Source of the DNA: Actinomycetes bacterium
GTDB lineage: Bacteria; Actinomycetota; Thermoleophilia; Miltoncostaeales; Miltoncostaeaceae
Assembly: GCA_031376285.1 (NCBI GenBank)
Contig: JANMDN010000044.1
Location: 4,847 to 68,846 of the forward strand
Reading direction: 5' to 3'
DNA length: 64,000 nt
Made by a program: the position numbers and the translations under genes. Under the pieces are notes generated by a model, which had not been told where the DNA came from, did not search any database, and saw only the letters and a list, made by a program, of their open reading frames with translations. The first letter of the stretch is position 1; each line of letters opens with the position of its first letter. This document shows, one piece after another, positions 8,397 to 16,581 of the stretch.

Positions 8397-9152
8397 TCAC
8401 TTGTACTTCGTTCCGAGCCCGTCGAGGAAGATCCCGAGGTCGCCAAACTGCTTCTCCGTGAACTTTCCCCCGAAGGCCGGCATTGGCGATCCCGGTATCT
8501 TCGAGGTGGGTTCCTTCAGATGGGCAATCTGCCATTCCACCCCGCGTGCCTTCGCCCCCTCGTTTGTCAATTCCGGGGCGCCCACGTTCTGCACGCCGAA
8601 ACCCTTGAGGACATGGCAGTTCTTGCAGATATTCGAGGTGTAGATCTCATACCCCGACTGTGCCTGCGCGTCGAGCCCAGTGAGGGCTGGTCCTGCCCCT
8701 CCGCCTTCGGGGGCCGTCGCCCCGACGTACGTGAGGTAGCAGAGGAAGAACATGATCGTCCCGGCCGACATCATCGCGAAGGGGCGCTTCCAGATCCGTC
8801 GCTCAGGCCCGCGATCGATGAAGGGCACCAGAAAGAGCAGTGCCATGAGGATGTTCGGGATGATGAACGTCGCCATGATGAGGGGCAGGAAGGCGTTCTG
8901 GTTCTTGAAGATCTTCAGGAGCTCGAAAAGGAAGAAGAAGTACCACTCGGGGCGCGGGATGAAGTCCGTCGTTGCCGGGTTGATCTCTTCGCCGACCCGG
9001 ACCCGAGCCGTGACCGCCAAGAGGATGACGACCGCGATCGCAAAGAGCGCGACGATGTGGTCTTTGTAGATCGCGTACGGGAAGAACGGCTTGCCGTCGG
9101 CTTTTGCCGCCGCGTAGTCGCGCTTGTAGCTCTCTTTCTGAGCCTGTTTCAT
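8397..9152 (-). CDS. qcrC: Menaquinol:cytochrome c reductase subunit IV fused to a mono-haem cytochrome c (QcrC type)
   Basis: PetD-like PEWYFFFLFELLK region plus a C-terminal CKNCH haem c motif. Confidence 0.8.
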   Translation of the reverse strand: MKQAQKESYKRDYAAAKADGKPFFPYAIYKDHIVALFAIAVVILLAVTARVRVGEEINPATTDFIPRPEWYFFFLFELLKIFKNQNAFLPLIMATFIIPNILMALLFLVPFIDRGPERRIWKRPFAMMSAGTIMFFLCYLTYVGATAPEGGGAGPALTGLDAQAQSGYEIYTSNICKNCHVLKGFGVQNVGAPELTNEGAKARGVEWQIAHLKEPTSKIPGSPMPAFGGKFTEKQFGDLGIFLDGLGTKYK

Positions 9153-9982
9153 TCGCTACTCCCCGTCGTTGCCTCAACCTGGATCGGGGCTCCTGCCGGA
9201 ACCGCGGTCCGTCCGGGAATGACCCGCTCGCGTACCGCCTGGCGACGGGCGTTCTCCTCATCGCGATCGATCCGCATGCGGCGCTTGGCCCACGGTGGCT
9301 CGGAGATCCCGAGCTTGGTCACCAGGTACAGGTGCAGGCCGATGAAGGTCGCCATGCCACCGGGTATCAGCAACATATGGATCGAGTAGAAGCGGCTGAG
9401 CGTATTCGGCCCGAACTCTGGGCCAGCCCGCAGGATCTGCCCGAGGTACGGCCCGACGATCGGCGCACTCGCGGTGATGTTCACCGCCACCACTGTCGCC
9501 CAGTATGCCTTTTGATCCCAGACGAGCAGGTAGCCGGTGAGGCCCATGAACATGGTCATCACGAGGAGCACCGCTCCGGTGACCCAGGTCAACTCGCGCG
9601 GGTACTTGTACGACCCGAAGAAGAAGACCCGGCCCATGTGGAGGAAGACGACGACGATCATCGCCGAGGCACCCCACTTGTGCATGCCCCGCACGAGCCA
9701 GCCCCACGTCACGTCGTTGGTGATGCTCTCGATGCTGCCGAAGGCCGTCTTGGTGTCGGGCTTGTAGTACATCGCGAGAAAGATCCCGGTCACGGCCTGC
9801 AGCGCGAAGAGCACCATCGCGGTGAAGCCGAGCGTTTGGAACCAGCTCGTGCCGCGCGGGATGTTCCGGTTGAGGAACCATCCCGCGCCGAACTTGACGC
9901 CGGTGCGCTCATCGACGTAGTCGAGGGCATCCATCGCCGGCCTGACGCCGGGTGGTTTCGGTCCGATGTCCTTGGTCGCCAC
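9149..9982 (-). CDS. qcrB: Cytochrome b6-type subunit (QcrB)
   Basis: WGWLVRGMHKWGASAMIVVVFLHM ... YSIHMLLIP, short b6-like length, 4-nt overlap with qcrC. Confidence 0.9.
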   Translation of the reverse strand: MATKDIGPKPPGVRPAMDALDYVDERTGVKFGAGWFLNRNIPRGTSWFQTLGFTAMVLFALQAVTGIFLAMYYKPDTKTAFGSIESITNDVTWGWLVRGMHKWGASAMIVVVFLHMGRVFFFGSYKYPRELTWVTGAVLLVMTMFMGLTGYLLVWDQKAYWATVVAVNITASAPIVGPYLGQILRAGPEFGPNTLSRFYSIHMLLIPGGMATFIGLHLYLVTKLGISEPPWAKRRMRIDRDEENARRQAVRERVIPGRTAVPAGAPIQVEATTGSSE

Positions 9983-9993
9983 CTGTGACGCTC

Positions 9994-10830
9994 CTAGAAC
10001 GGGTAGAGGTTGGAGAGGATGCCGTCGACGGGTTCGCCCGGCAGACGCAGCTTGTAGGGCTTCTCGTTCTTGTCGATCGAGTACGGCTTGCCTACCAGCA
10101 CGCGGAGTTTGTCTCCGGTTCCCCCAGCGAGTGCCTTGAAGGCCTCCGGAAGGGGGACGTCCTTCGTGCCGTCGGTGATCTTGATGTCGAATCGGTCGAG
10201 CGGGCGCGGAGGCGGGCCGCCTGAGACCAGGCCACGATCGTCGTAGGCGCCACCGTGGCAGGGGCAGGCGTACGTACCCGAGCCTTCCTCAACCGGGCAG
10301 CCGAGGTGCGCGCAGCGATTCCAGATCGCGAGGAGCTCGAGGTCGTCTTCCGCTACCTCGAGGGGCTTCACGTCCTCTTTGCCGAGCTTGCGCGTCAGCG
10401 CGATAAAGACGCGACGGTCGCCTTCTGGGTTCGGGCCTGAGATGGCGATGGACGCGACGCCTCCAACGACCGGTTCGCCGCCTCCATCAGGAGCCGCGTA
10501 GGGCGGCGGGTTCTTGATCAGATCCTTCGCGGGTCCCGCGTCGATCCAGCGGAAGTCCTCGGCCTTCAGCGGGTCGACGACCGCGAAGCCGACCACCGGC
10601 ACGATGATCGCTGCGCCCATGACGCCACCGGTGGCAAGCGCCACGCCGGCGAGGAACTTCGTTCGAGTGACGTAGTCGGGGTCGTCGCTGTGGTCATGCG
10701 TCGGCGCTGGGTCGTGCGCGCGCGGGCCTTGGTAGTGCCCGTCACCGTCGTGTTCCAGCGTTCCGTTGCCCGGGTCTTCTGCCACTCGCCGACCTCCTCG
10801 AGACCGCGCCGCGCGCATTTCGTCGCGCAT
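9994..10830 (-). CDS. qcrA: Rieske 2Fe-2S subunit (QcrA)
   Basis: CAHLGC ... CPCHGG Rieske boxes with an N-terminal TM anchor. Start uncertain. Confidence 0.85.
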   Translation of the reverse strand: MRDEMRAARSRGGRRVAEDPGNGTLEHDGDGHYQGPRAHDPAPTHDHSDDPDYVTRTKFLAGVALATGGVMGAAIIVPVVGFAVVDPLKAEDFRWIDAGPAKDLIKNPPPYAAPDGGGEPVVGGVASIAISGPNPEGDRRVFIALTRKLGKEDVKPLEVAEDDLELLAIWNRCAHLGCPVEEGSGTYACPCHGGAYDDRGLVSGGPPPRPLDRFDIKITDGTKDVPLPEAFKALAGGTGDKLRVLVGKPYSIDKNEKPYKLRLPGEPVDGILSNLYPF

Positions 10831-10929
10831 TCGGCTGCATTCAACCAGACCGGGGCCGACTGGACCCGCGAGGGGGCGGGCGGAATGTCCCGCCAGGTCG
10901 GGCCGATGTCACGCCTGCGCTCCGAAATG

Positions 10930-10958
10930 CCTGGGGCCGCCCAATTGGCGGCCCCAGG
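10930..10958 (-). terminator. GC-rich hairpin after the first CHRD gene
   Basis: CCTGGGGCCGCC / GGCGGCCCCAGG 12-bp perfect stem with a 5-nt loop, 24 nt downstream of the stop at 10982. Confidence 0.45.
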
Positions 10959-10981
10959 GCGGCTCAAGAACGGGAAACGTC

Positions 10982-11602
10982 TTAGTGGTTGCGACCCTCG
11001 TCGCGCACGAGCTGGCCGCGGAGCGCGCCGTTCGGGAAGTCCGTCGTGTGCACGTTGACGTAGTACTTCTTGGCCCGGTAGCGGACCCCATCGAGGAGCG
11101 CCTGGTCGGCCTGCTGGCATGAGGAACTCGACGATGCGAACACGCTGCCCGGTTGGATGGGCGTGGGTGTCGGAAGTGTGAGTACGATTGGGCCGTTCTC
11201 GCCCTTGCGGCCAGCATGAATGTGCGCGCCGGTCGCGACGCCGCTGTCGACGGTGACGATGCCGACACAGATGAGTGAACCCTTGATGGAGATCGTCGCG
11301 CCACCACGGCCAAACGGATTGCCCGCGCGACGTCGCCCGTCGGCACCGACCTCACTCTTGCCGAGGAGGCTCGCCGAGAAGATCGCGCGGCCATTCTGGC
11401 CGTACTGCGGCGTGACACCAGGCGGGAGGACGGAGATGGGCTGGCCGGTCTTGTCAGACACCGCGACGACGCCGCGCTTACCGGACTTGTCACCGTCCTT
11501 GCGTTTTCCGTCGTCGTCTCCACGACTTGCGAGGGCGACGCTTGAGCTGATGAGTGCCGCTGCGCCAACGGCGAGCATTGCACGGGAGTTTCGGAGCGCC
11601 AT
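10982..11602 (-). CDS. Secreted CHRD-domain protein, paralog 1
   Basis: Signal peptide MALRNSRAMLAVGAAALISSSVALA; GAHIHAGRKGENGPIV and YYVNVHTTDFPNGALRGQL. Confidence 0.8.
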   Translation of the reverse strand: MALRNSRAMLAVGAAALISSSVALASRGDDDGKRKDGDKSGKRGVVAVSDKTGQPISVLPPGVTPQYGQNGRAIFSASLLGKSEVGADGRRRAGNPFGRGGATISIKGSLICVGIVTVDSGVATGAHIHAGRKGENGPIVLTLPTPTPIQPGSVFASSSSSCQQADQALLDGVRYRAKKYYVNVHTTDFPNGALRGQLVRDEGRNH

Positions 11603-11734
11603 TCGGCTCGTCCTTTCGAGGGGGTGTCCTTCTCGTGTCATCGATGGTGCTTGCACGGGCGGGTTGGCGCAACGAGGCCTTACAGCTCCATCACGAAGCC
11701 CTGTCTTCGCGAACACGTCCTTGGGTGAACCCTC

Positions 11735-11761
11735 GCGAAGCCTCGGCCTGCGAGGCTTCGC
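11735..11761. promoter_or_regulatory. Perfect 11-bp inverted repeat abutting the COG0523 start codon
   Basis: GCGAAGCCTCG-gcctg-CGAGGCTTCGC ends 4 nt before the ATG at 11766. No Shine-Dalgarno sequence is visible. Confidence 0.4.
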
Positions 11762-11765
11762 AAAC

Positions 11766-12689
11766 ATGACCGCGCCTCGAATACCCGTGACCCTGGTGAC
11801 CGGGTTCCTCGGGGCTGGGAAGTCGACCCTGATCGCGCGAGTCTTGGACGATGTGTCCCCGCGGCGCATTGCCGTGGTCGAGAATGAACTCGCCGAGGTC
11901 GGCGTCGATCAACGCTTGCTCGCGGGCAGGGCGGGCGAGATCGTTGCCCTCTCCGGTGGATGTGTTTGCTGCAGCGCCAGAGGAGACCTCCTTGGAGCGG
12001 TCCGGAGCGTTTGCTCCGTTGGGTGCCCGCCCGACGCGATCCTGATCGAGACCTCAGGTATCGCTCGACCGAGCGCCACGGCCGCCGACCTTGTGGAACT
12101 CGGGGCCGCCGAGCGTCAGATATGGCTGCGCGCGATCATCGTCGTGGTTGACGCCACAAACGCGGCCACCGACTCCGCTCGCGCGGAGTTCGTCGACCAG
12201 GTGGTTCACGCTGACGCCGTGATCCTGGCAAAGCACGATCTTGCCGACGGGAGCCAGCGACGCGACGCCCAGCGGGTCATCCGGGCGATCAATCCGACCG
12301 CCTCGATCGTGCTTGCCGCCGACGCCGGGGCCGGGGAGGTGCTCGGTCCGTTCGGGGACCAGTCCGAGTCGGCCTTCGCTCCGGTCCCGGGCGTCTACGC
12401 CCTCGGACACGACATCGATGCCGTCTGTGTTGCGGTTCCCGGGGACCTGGATGGTCCTCGCCTTCGGACGCTCCTCGACGAACTCGCCAGGGACCCTTCA
12501 GTGCTTCGGGTGAAGGGCTTTGTGACAGTCGACGGGGGTGTGCGCCTTGTGCAGGGTGTCCACGCAACGGTGGACACCCTGCCGTGGTCGACGATTGACC
12601 CCGACGGCTTGGCACTCGTCGTCATCGGCGAGCGCCTCGACGAACGGCAGCTACGCGGCCGGCTCGATGAGGTGCGAGCTAGCTCTTGA
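11766..12689 (+). CDS. COG0523 (CobW/YjiA/ZigA-type) G3E metallochaperone GTPase
   Basis: P-loop GFLGAGKST, CxCC motif GGCVCCS, C-terminal CobW_C-like domain. Confidence 0.85.
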   Translation: MTAPRIPVTLVTGFLGAGKSTLIARVLDDVSPRRIAVVENELAEVGVDQRLLAGRAGEIVALSGGCVCCSARGDLLGAVRSVCSVGCPPDAILIETSGIARPSATAADLVELGAAERQIWLRAIIVVVDATNAATDSARAEFVDQVVHADAVILAKHDLADGSQRRDAQRVIRAINPTASIVLAADAGAGEVLGPFGDQSESAFAPVPGVYALGHDIDAVCVAVPGDLDGPRLRTLLDELARDPSVLRVKGFVTVDGGVRLVQGVHATVDTLPWSTIDPDGLALVVIGERLDERQLRGRLDEVRASS

Positions 12690-13251
12690 TGTTGGCGCTT
12701 CGGAGTTGGCCGCGGAGGGCGCCGGCGGGGAAGTCCGTCGTGTGTACGTTGACGTAGAAGCTCGCGGGGCTCTTTCGGATCCTGCCAAGAAGCGCTGGGT
12801 CGGTGTTCTGGCATGAGGCACTCGACGCGGAGAACACGCTTCCGGGTTCGATTGGCGTCGGGGCTTTAAGGGCGATGACGACAGGCCCGTTCTTGCCTTT
12901 CGCGCCCTCGTGAATGTGGGCGGCGACCGGAATGCCGCTGTCGAGCGCGACGATCCCGACGCAAATGTGGGTGCCGCGAATGCCGACCGAGGCAAGCCCA
13001 CGCGCCAAGGAATTCCCGACGTTCTTCTCTCCCGCATTTCCGACCTCGCTGCGACCATCGAGGTTCGCTACGAGGACGCGCTTGCCGGAGCGACCGTAGA
13101 GCGGGTCGTACTGGGCCACCTGCGGCGGGATGCTCGGCCTTGCGTGCTGGGTGTTGGCCGTTTGCCGCGCTGATCCGGCGACGGCTGTTCCGGTGGCGAC
13201 GGCGGCGCACATGCCGCCCACGAGAAGCATCTTCATATGACGCTGTGCCAT
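12679..13251 (-). CDS. Secreted CHRD-domain protein, paralog 2
   Basis: Signal peptide; AAHIHEGAKGKNGPVV and FYVNVHTTDFPAGALRGQL. The 3' region has a near-identical run of about 30 nt shared with paralog 1. Confidence 0.8.
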   Translation of the reverse strand: MAQRHMKMLLVGGMCAAVATGTAVAGSARQTANTQHARPSIPPQVAQYDPLYGRSGKRVLVANLDGRSEVGNAGEKNVGNSLARGLASVGIRGTHICVGIVALDSGIPVAAHIHEGAKGKNGPVVIALKAPTPIEPGSVFSASSASCQNTDPALLGRIRKSPASFYVNVHTTDFPAGALRGQLRSANIKS

Positions 13252-13391
13252 GACTCACTCCTTTTCCGGGGTGCTCGACACTTCCCGTGCTCGGGGAGTG
13301 CCCGTTGCACTCTGCCCCGGCGGGGCAGGCGCGTCGAGCGATCCTTACCCGAACTTCATATCCTCGAAACCCCCGACTCGTGAGCAGCCGA

Positions 13392-14828
13392 TCAGCTCAG
13401 GCCGGGAATCCCCAGCTCTCGCCAGCGTTCGCTGACTCGGTCGCGCACCTCGACACTCATGCGGGCCTCCTCGGGCCAAGGGCGCACGATGCCCTCTCCC
13501 GGGAGCTTTCGGGTTGCGTCGAATCCGACCTTCGACCCGAGCGCGAAGTACGGCGCGGCGTGGTCGAGGGCATCGACGGGGCCCTCGGTGACGAGCATGT
13601 CGCGGCCGACATCCACATTCGAGAAGGCATGAAACGCAACGGCGCTCATATCGTGGACGTTCACATCGTGGTCGACGACGATGATGCATCGTGTGAGCGA
13701 CATCAGCCCGGCCCCCCAGATCGCGTTCATCAGCTTCTTCGCGTGGCCGGGGTAGCGCTTCTTCACGCTCACGATGACGCAGTTGTGGAACGTGCCCTCG
13801 GGCGGGAAATGCAGGTCGACGAGATCCGGCATCGTGACCTTGATGAGCGGGAGGAAGATCCGCTCGGTGGCCTTGCCGAGCCAGAAATCCTCCATCGGGG
13901 GGATGCCGACGACGGTGGTCGAGTAGATCGCGTCGCGGCGCATCGACATCCCGGTGATATGGAACGTGGGGTAGTCATCGACCGGTGTGTAGAAGCCGGT
14001 GTGATCGCCAAACGGCCCCTCTGGCCGAAGGTCGGTCGCGTCGACGTAGCCCTCGAGAACGATCTCCGCGTCGGCGGGCACCTCGACGTCAACGGTGCGG
14101 CAGCGCACCATCTCGACGGCCTTGCCGCGAATGAAGCCCGCGAGCATCATCTCGTCGAGGTTCGGTGGCAGCGGGGCGGTCGCGGCGTATGTGACGGCGG
14201 GGTCAGAGCCGATCGCGACCGCCACAGGAACCCGACCCTGGGAATCACGAAGATGGGCGGCCCCATCTTTGTGGATCTGCCAGTGCATCATCGCGGTGGT
14301 CTTATCGACCTTTTGAATGCGGTACATGCCGCAGTTTCGAAGCCCCGTGCGGGGATCCTTCGAGAAGACGAGCGGCAGCGTGATGAACGGCCCACCGTCA
14401 TCGGGCCAGCACGTCAGGATAGGAAGGAGGTCGAGATCGGGCGCGGGGAGCCACACGTCCTGGCAGGACCCCGACTTCACGATCTTTGGAGGCCATGACG
14501 CGAGGTCCTTCAGCTTGCCGAGCGCCTTTGCCTTCTCGAGCAGTCCCTGCGGTGGCTGGAACTCAAGGAGGTCCTGGATGCGGCCCGCGATTTGGTCGAG
14601 GTTGTCGGTGCGAAGCGCCATGCCCATGCGCCGCTCGCTCCCGAACTGGTTGATGAGGAGCGGGAGATCACTCCCGATCACGTTCGTGAAGAGGAGCGCT
14701 GGCCCACCGGACTTCATCACGCGGTCGGCGATCTCGGTGATCTCGAGGTGCGCGTCGACCGGAGCGGACACCTCGATCAGCTCACCCGCGGCCCGCAGTC
14801 GTCGAACGAACTCACGAAGATCCGACAT
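13392..14828 (-). CDS. UbiD-family (prenylated-FMN) decarboxylase, menaquinone-associated
   Basis: Full-length UbiD-like sequence (GGPALLF ... WQIHKDG ... GPFGDHTGFY). Confidence 0.9.
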   Translation of the reverse strand: MSDLREFVRRLRAAGELIEVSAPVDAHLEITEIADRVMKSGGPALLFTNVIGSDLPLLINQFGSERRMGMALRTDNLDQIAGRIQDLLEFQPPQGLLEKAKALGKLKDLASWPPKIVKSGSCQDVWLPAPDLDLLPILTCWPDDGGPFITLPLVFSKDPRTGLRNCGMYRIQKVDKTTAMMHWQIHKDGAAHLRDSQGRVPVAVAIGSDPAVTYAATAPLPPNLDEMMLAGFIRGKAVEMVRCRTVDVEVPADAEIVLEGYVDATDLRPEGPFGDHTGFYTPVDDYPTFHITGMSMRRDAIYSTTVVGIPPMEDFWLGKATERIFLPLIKVTMPDLVDLHFPPEGTFHNCVIVSVKKRYPGHAKKLMNAIWGAGLMSLTRCIIVVDHDVNVHDMSAVAFHAFSNVDVGRDMLVTEGPVDALDHAAPYFALGSKVGFDATRKLPGEGIVRPWPEEARMSVEVRDRVSERWRELGIPGLS

Positions 14829-15331
14829 CAGTCAAGTACCGATTCGAGTTCCCGCGTGAGCGAGAGGTCCCGCCCAAGCGCGAGGAGTCCGTCGGCGTTC
14901 GCCGCGCCTCGGAGGGCTTGCTTCGCCGCGCCGAACTCCGCCTGGTGCATGGGATCTGGGGCTGCGATGGAGGCGACCGTCGTTGCCCAGAGGGCTGGGA
15001 GGACGTCGCGACGACGCCTGGCGACGAGGCTCGCCGATAGCGCGATCAGGTCGGCGAGCGCCTCGATCACGAAGAGATCACCTGACGCCGCGACTCGAAC
15101 GAGTCCTTCGGCGTAGCAGTAGTCACCGGCGAGCACGCGGGGGCCCTGGTCGCTCCCCTCGAACACCCGGGACGTGCCGTGGTGCAGGAGAAAACCTTCG
15201 AGGATCAGGTCGAGTCCGCTTGCCGCTCGCTCGCCGAGCGGCGGCCGAACATGTGCGGCGAGAAGCGGCGGCGGCGGCGTCCGCGTGAGGCGGTCAAGCA
15301 GGGCCGGCGCATCGGCGACGTGGCCGGTCAT
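14828..15331 (-). CDS. Hypothetical protein, degenerate polyprenyl-synthase-like
   Basis: ATGA overlap with the hemL stop. LILEGFLLHHGTS ... LAGDYCYAEGL resembles the FARM region of polyprenyl synthases but lacks the Asp residues. Confidence 0.45.
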   Translation of the reverse strand: MTGHVADAPALLDRLTRTPPPPLLAAHVRPPLGERAASGLDLILEGFLLHHGTSRVFEGSDQGPRVLAGDYCYAEGLVRVAASGDLFVIEALADLIALSASLVARRRRDVLPALWATTVASIAAPDPMHQAEFGAAKQALRGAANADGLLALGRDLSLTRELESVLD

Positions 15332-16581
15332 CCGAGCGCTCGATTGAGTGCCTCGCGGGTCGCCCGGTACTCCTCTGGGCCGTGAGCGAGGCCGACAAAC
15401 CATGCCTCGAATTGGGACGGCGGTGGGTAGACGCCCGCATCGAGGAGGGCTCGCGCAAGTCGTCCGTAGGCCTCAGTGTCGCTCGCCGTCGCGTCGGTGT
15501 AGTCGGCAACGGGGCCGTCGGTGAAAAATGGCGTGAGCATGGATCCGACCCGATTGATTGTGACGGGCGCGCCGCTGTCACGAAGGAGCTCTTCGAGCGT
15601 CGCGCCACCTTCCTCGAGGCGGTCGTAGACCCCGGGCGCCGCCAGCTCGGCGAGCATCGCGAGGCCCGCGGCGGTCGCGAGCGGGTTCCCCGAGAGCGTC
15701 CCGGCCTGGTAGCAGGGGCCCTCTGGGGCGAGCTGGCTCATGATCTGGCGAGGTCCGCCAAAGGCCCCGACGGGGAGACCCCCCCCGATGACCTTGCCAA
15801 GGCACGTGATGTCAGCGCGGACGTCGTAGCGCTCCTGCGCGCCACCGTAGGCGATCCGAAACCCGGTGATGACCTCATCCAGGATGAGGAGCGCCCCGTG
15901 ACGATCACATGCGGCGCGCAGTGCACCCAGGTACGCGGCGCCGGGCTCGACCACACCCATGTTCCCGGCGACCGGCTCGACGATGATCGCCGCGGCGCCC
16001 TCAAGCGCGGCATCGGCGGCGTCGGCGTCGCCGTACCTGGCAAGTCGCGTCGTGCGCGTGGCGCCCTCGGTCACTCCCGGGCTCGTCGGCACGCCGAGCG
16101 TCGTCGCTCCGCTGCCCGCCTGGGCGAGCAGGCCGTCGATGGCGCCGTGGTAGCCCCCGATGGTCTTGACGATCACCTCGCGGCCGGTCGCGGCGCGCGC
16201 GAGGCGAATGGCGCCGGTGACCGCCTCGCTACCTGACGACGTCATCCGGAGCTGCTCCATCGACGGGAATGCCGCGCAAACGGACTCGGCGAAGCGAATC
16301 TCGGCTTCGGTCGGCGCTCCAAAGGACGTCCCATCGGGGAGCTGTCGCCGGATCGCGTCGAGAATCTTCGGGTTCGCGTGCCCGAGGATCGCCGGCCCCC
16401 AGGTTGCCAGGTAGTCGACGTACCGGTTGCCGTCGACGTCCCAGACATGCGGACCCTCGGCCCGTGCGATGAAAATGGGATCGCGCCCGATCGAGCCCAT
16501 CGCCCGGACCGGAGAGTTGACGCCGCCCACGAGGACCTCGCGTCCTCGCGAGTAGAGCTCGGCGCTCCGCGTGAAGCTCAC
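15328..16581 (-). CDS. hemL: Glutamate-1-semialdehyde 2,1-aminomutase
   Basis: GGVNSPVRA ... ILDEVITGFR ... LGKVIGGGLPVGAFGG. GTG start in a GTGA overlap with the upstream stop. Confidence 0.9.
   Translation of the reverse strand: MSFTRSAELYSRGREVLVGGVNSPVRAMGSIGRDPIFIARAEGPHVWDVDGNRYVDYLATWGPAILGHANPKILDAIRRQLPDGTSFGAPTEAEIRFAESVCAAFPSMEQLRMTSSGSEAVTGAIRLARAATGREVIVKTIGGYHGAIDGLLAQAGSGATTLGVPTSPGVTEGATRTTRLARYGDADAADAALEGAAAIIVEPVAGNMGVVEPGAAYLGALRAACDRHGALLILDEVITGFRIAYGGAQERYDVRADITCLGKVIGGGLPVGAFGGPRQIMSQLAPEGPCYQAGTLSGNPLATAAGLAMLAELAAPGVYDRLEEGGATLEELLRDSGAPVTINRVGSMLTPFFTDGPVADYTDATASDTEAYGRLARALLDAGVYPPPSQFEAWFVGLAHGPEEYRATREALNRALG

Noticed and set aside
11220-11765. N-terminal 182-codon extension of the COG0523 ORF
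   Set aside because: The extension runs antisense through the CHRD gene and has junk composition. The P-loop domain begins right after the ATG at 11766.
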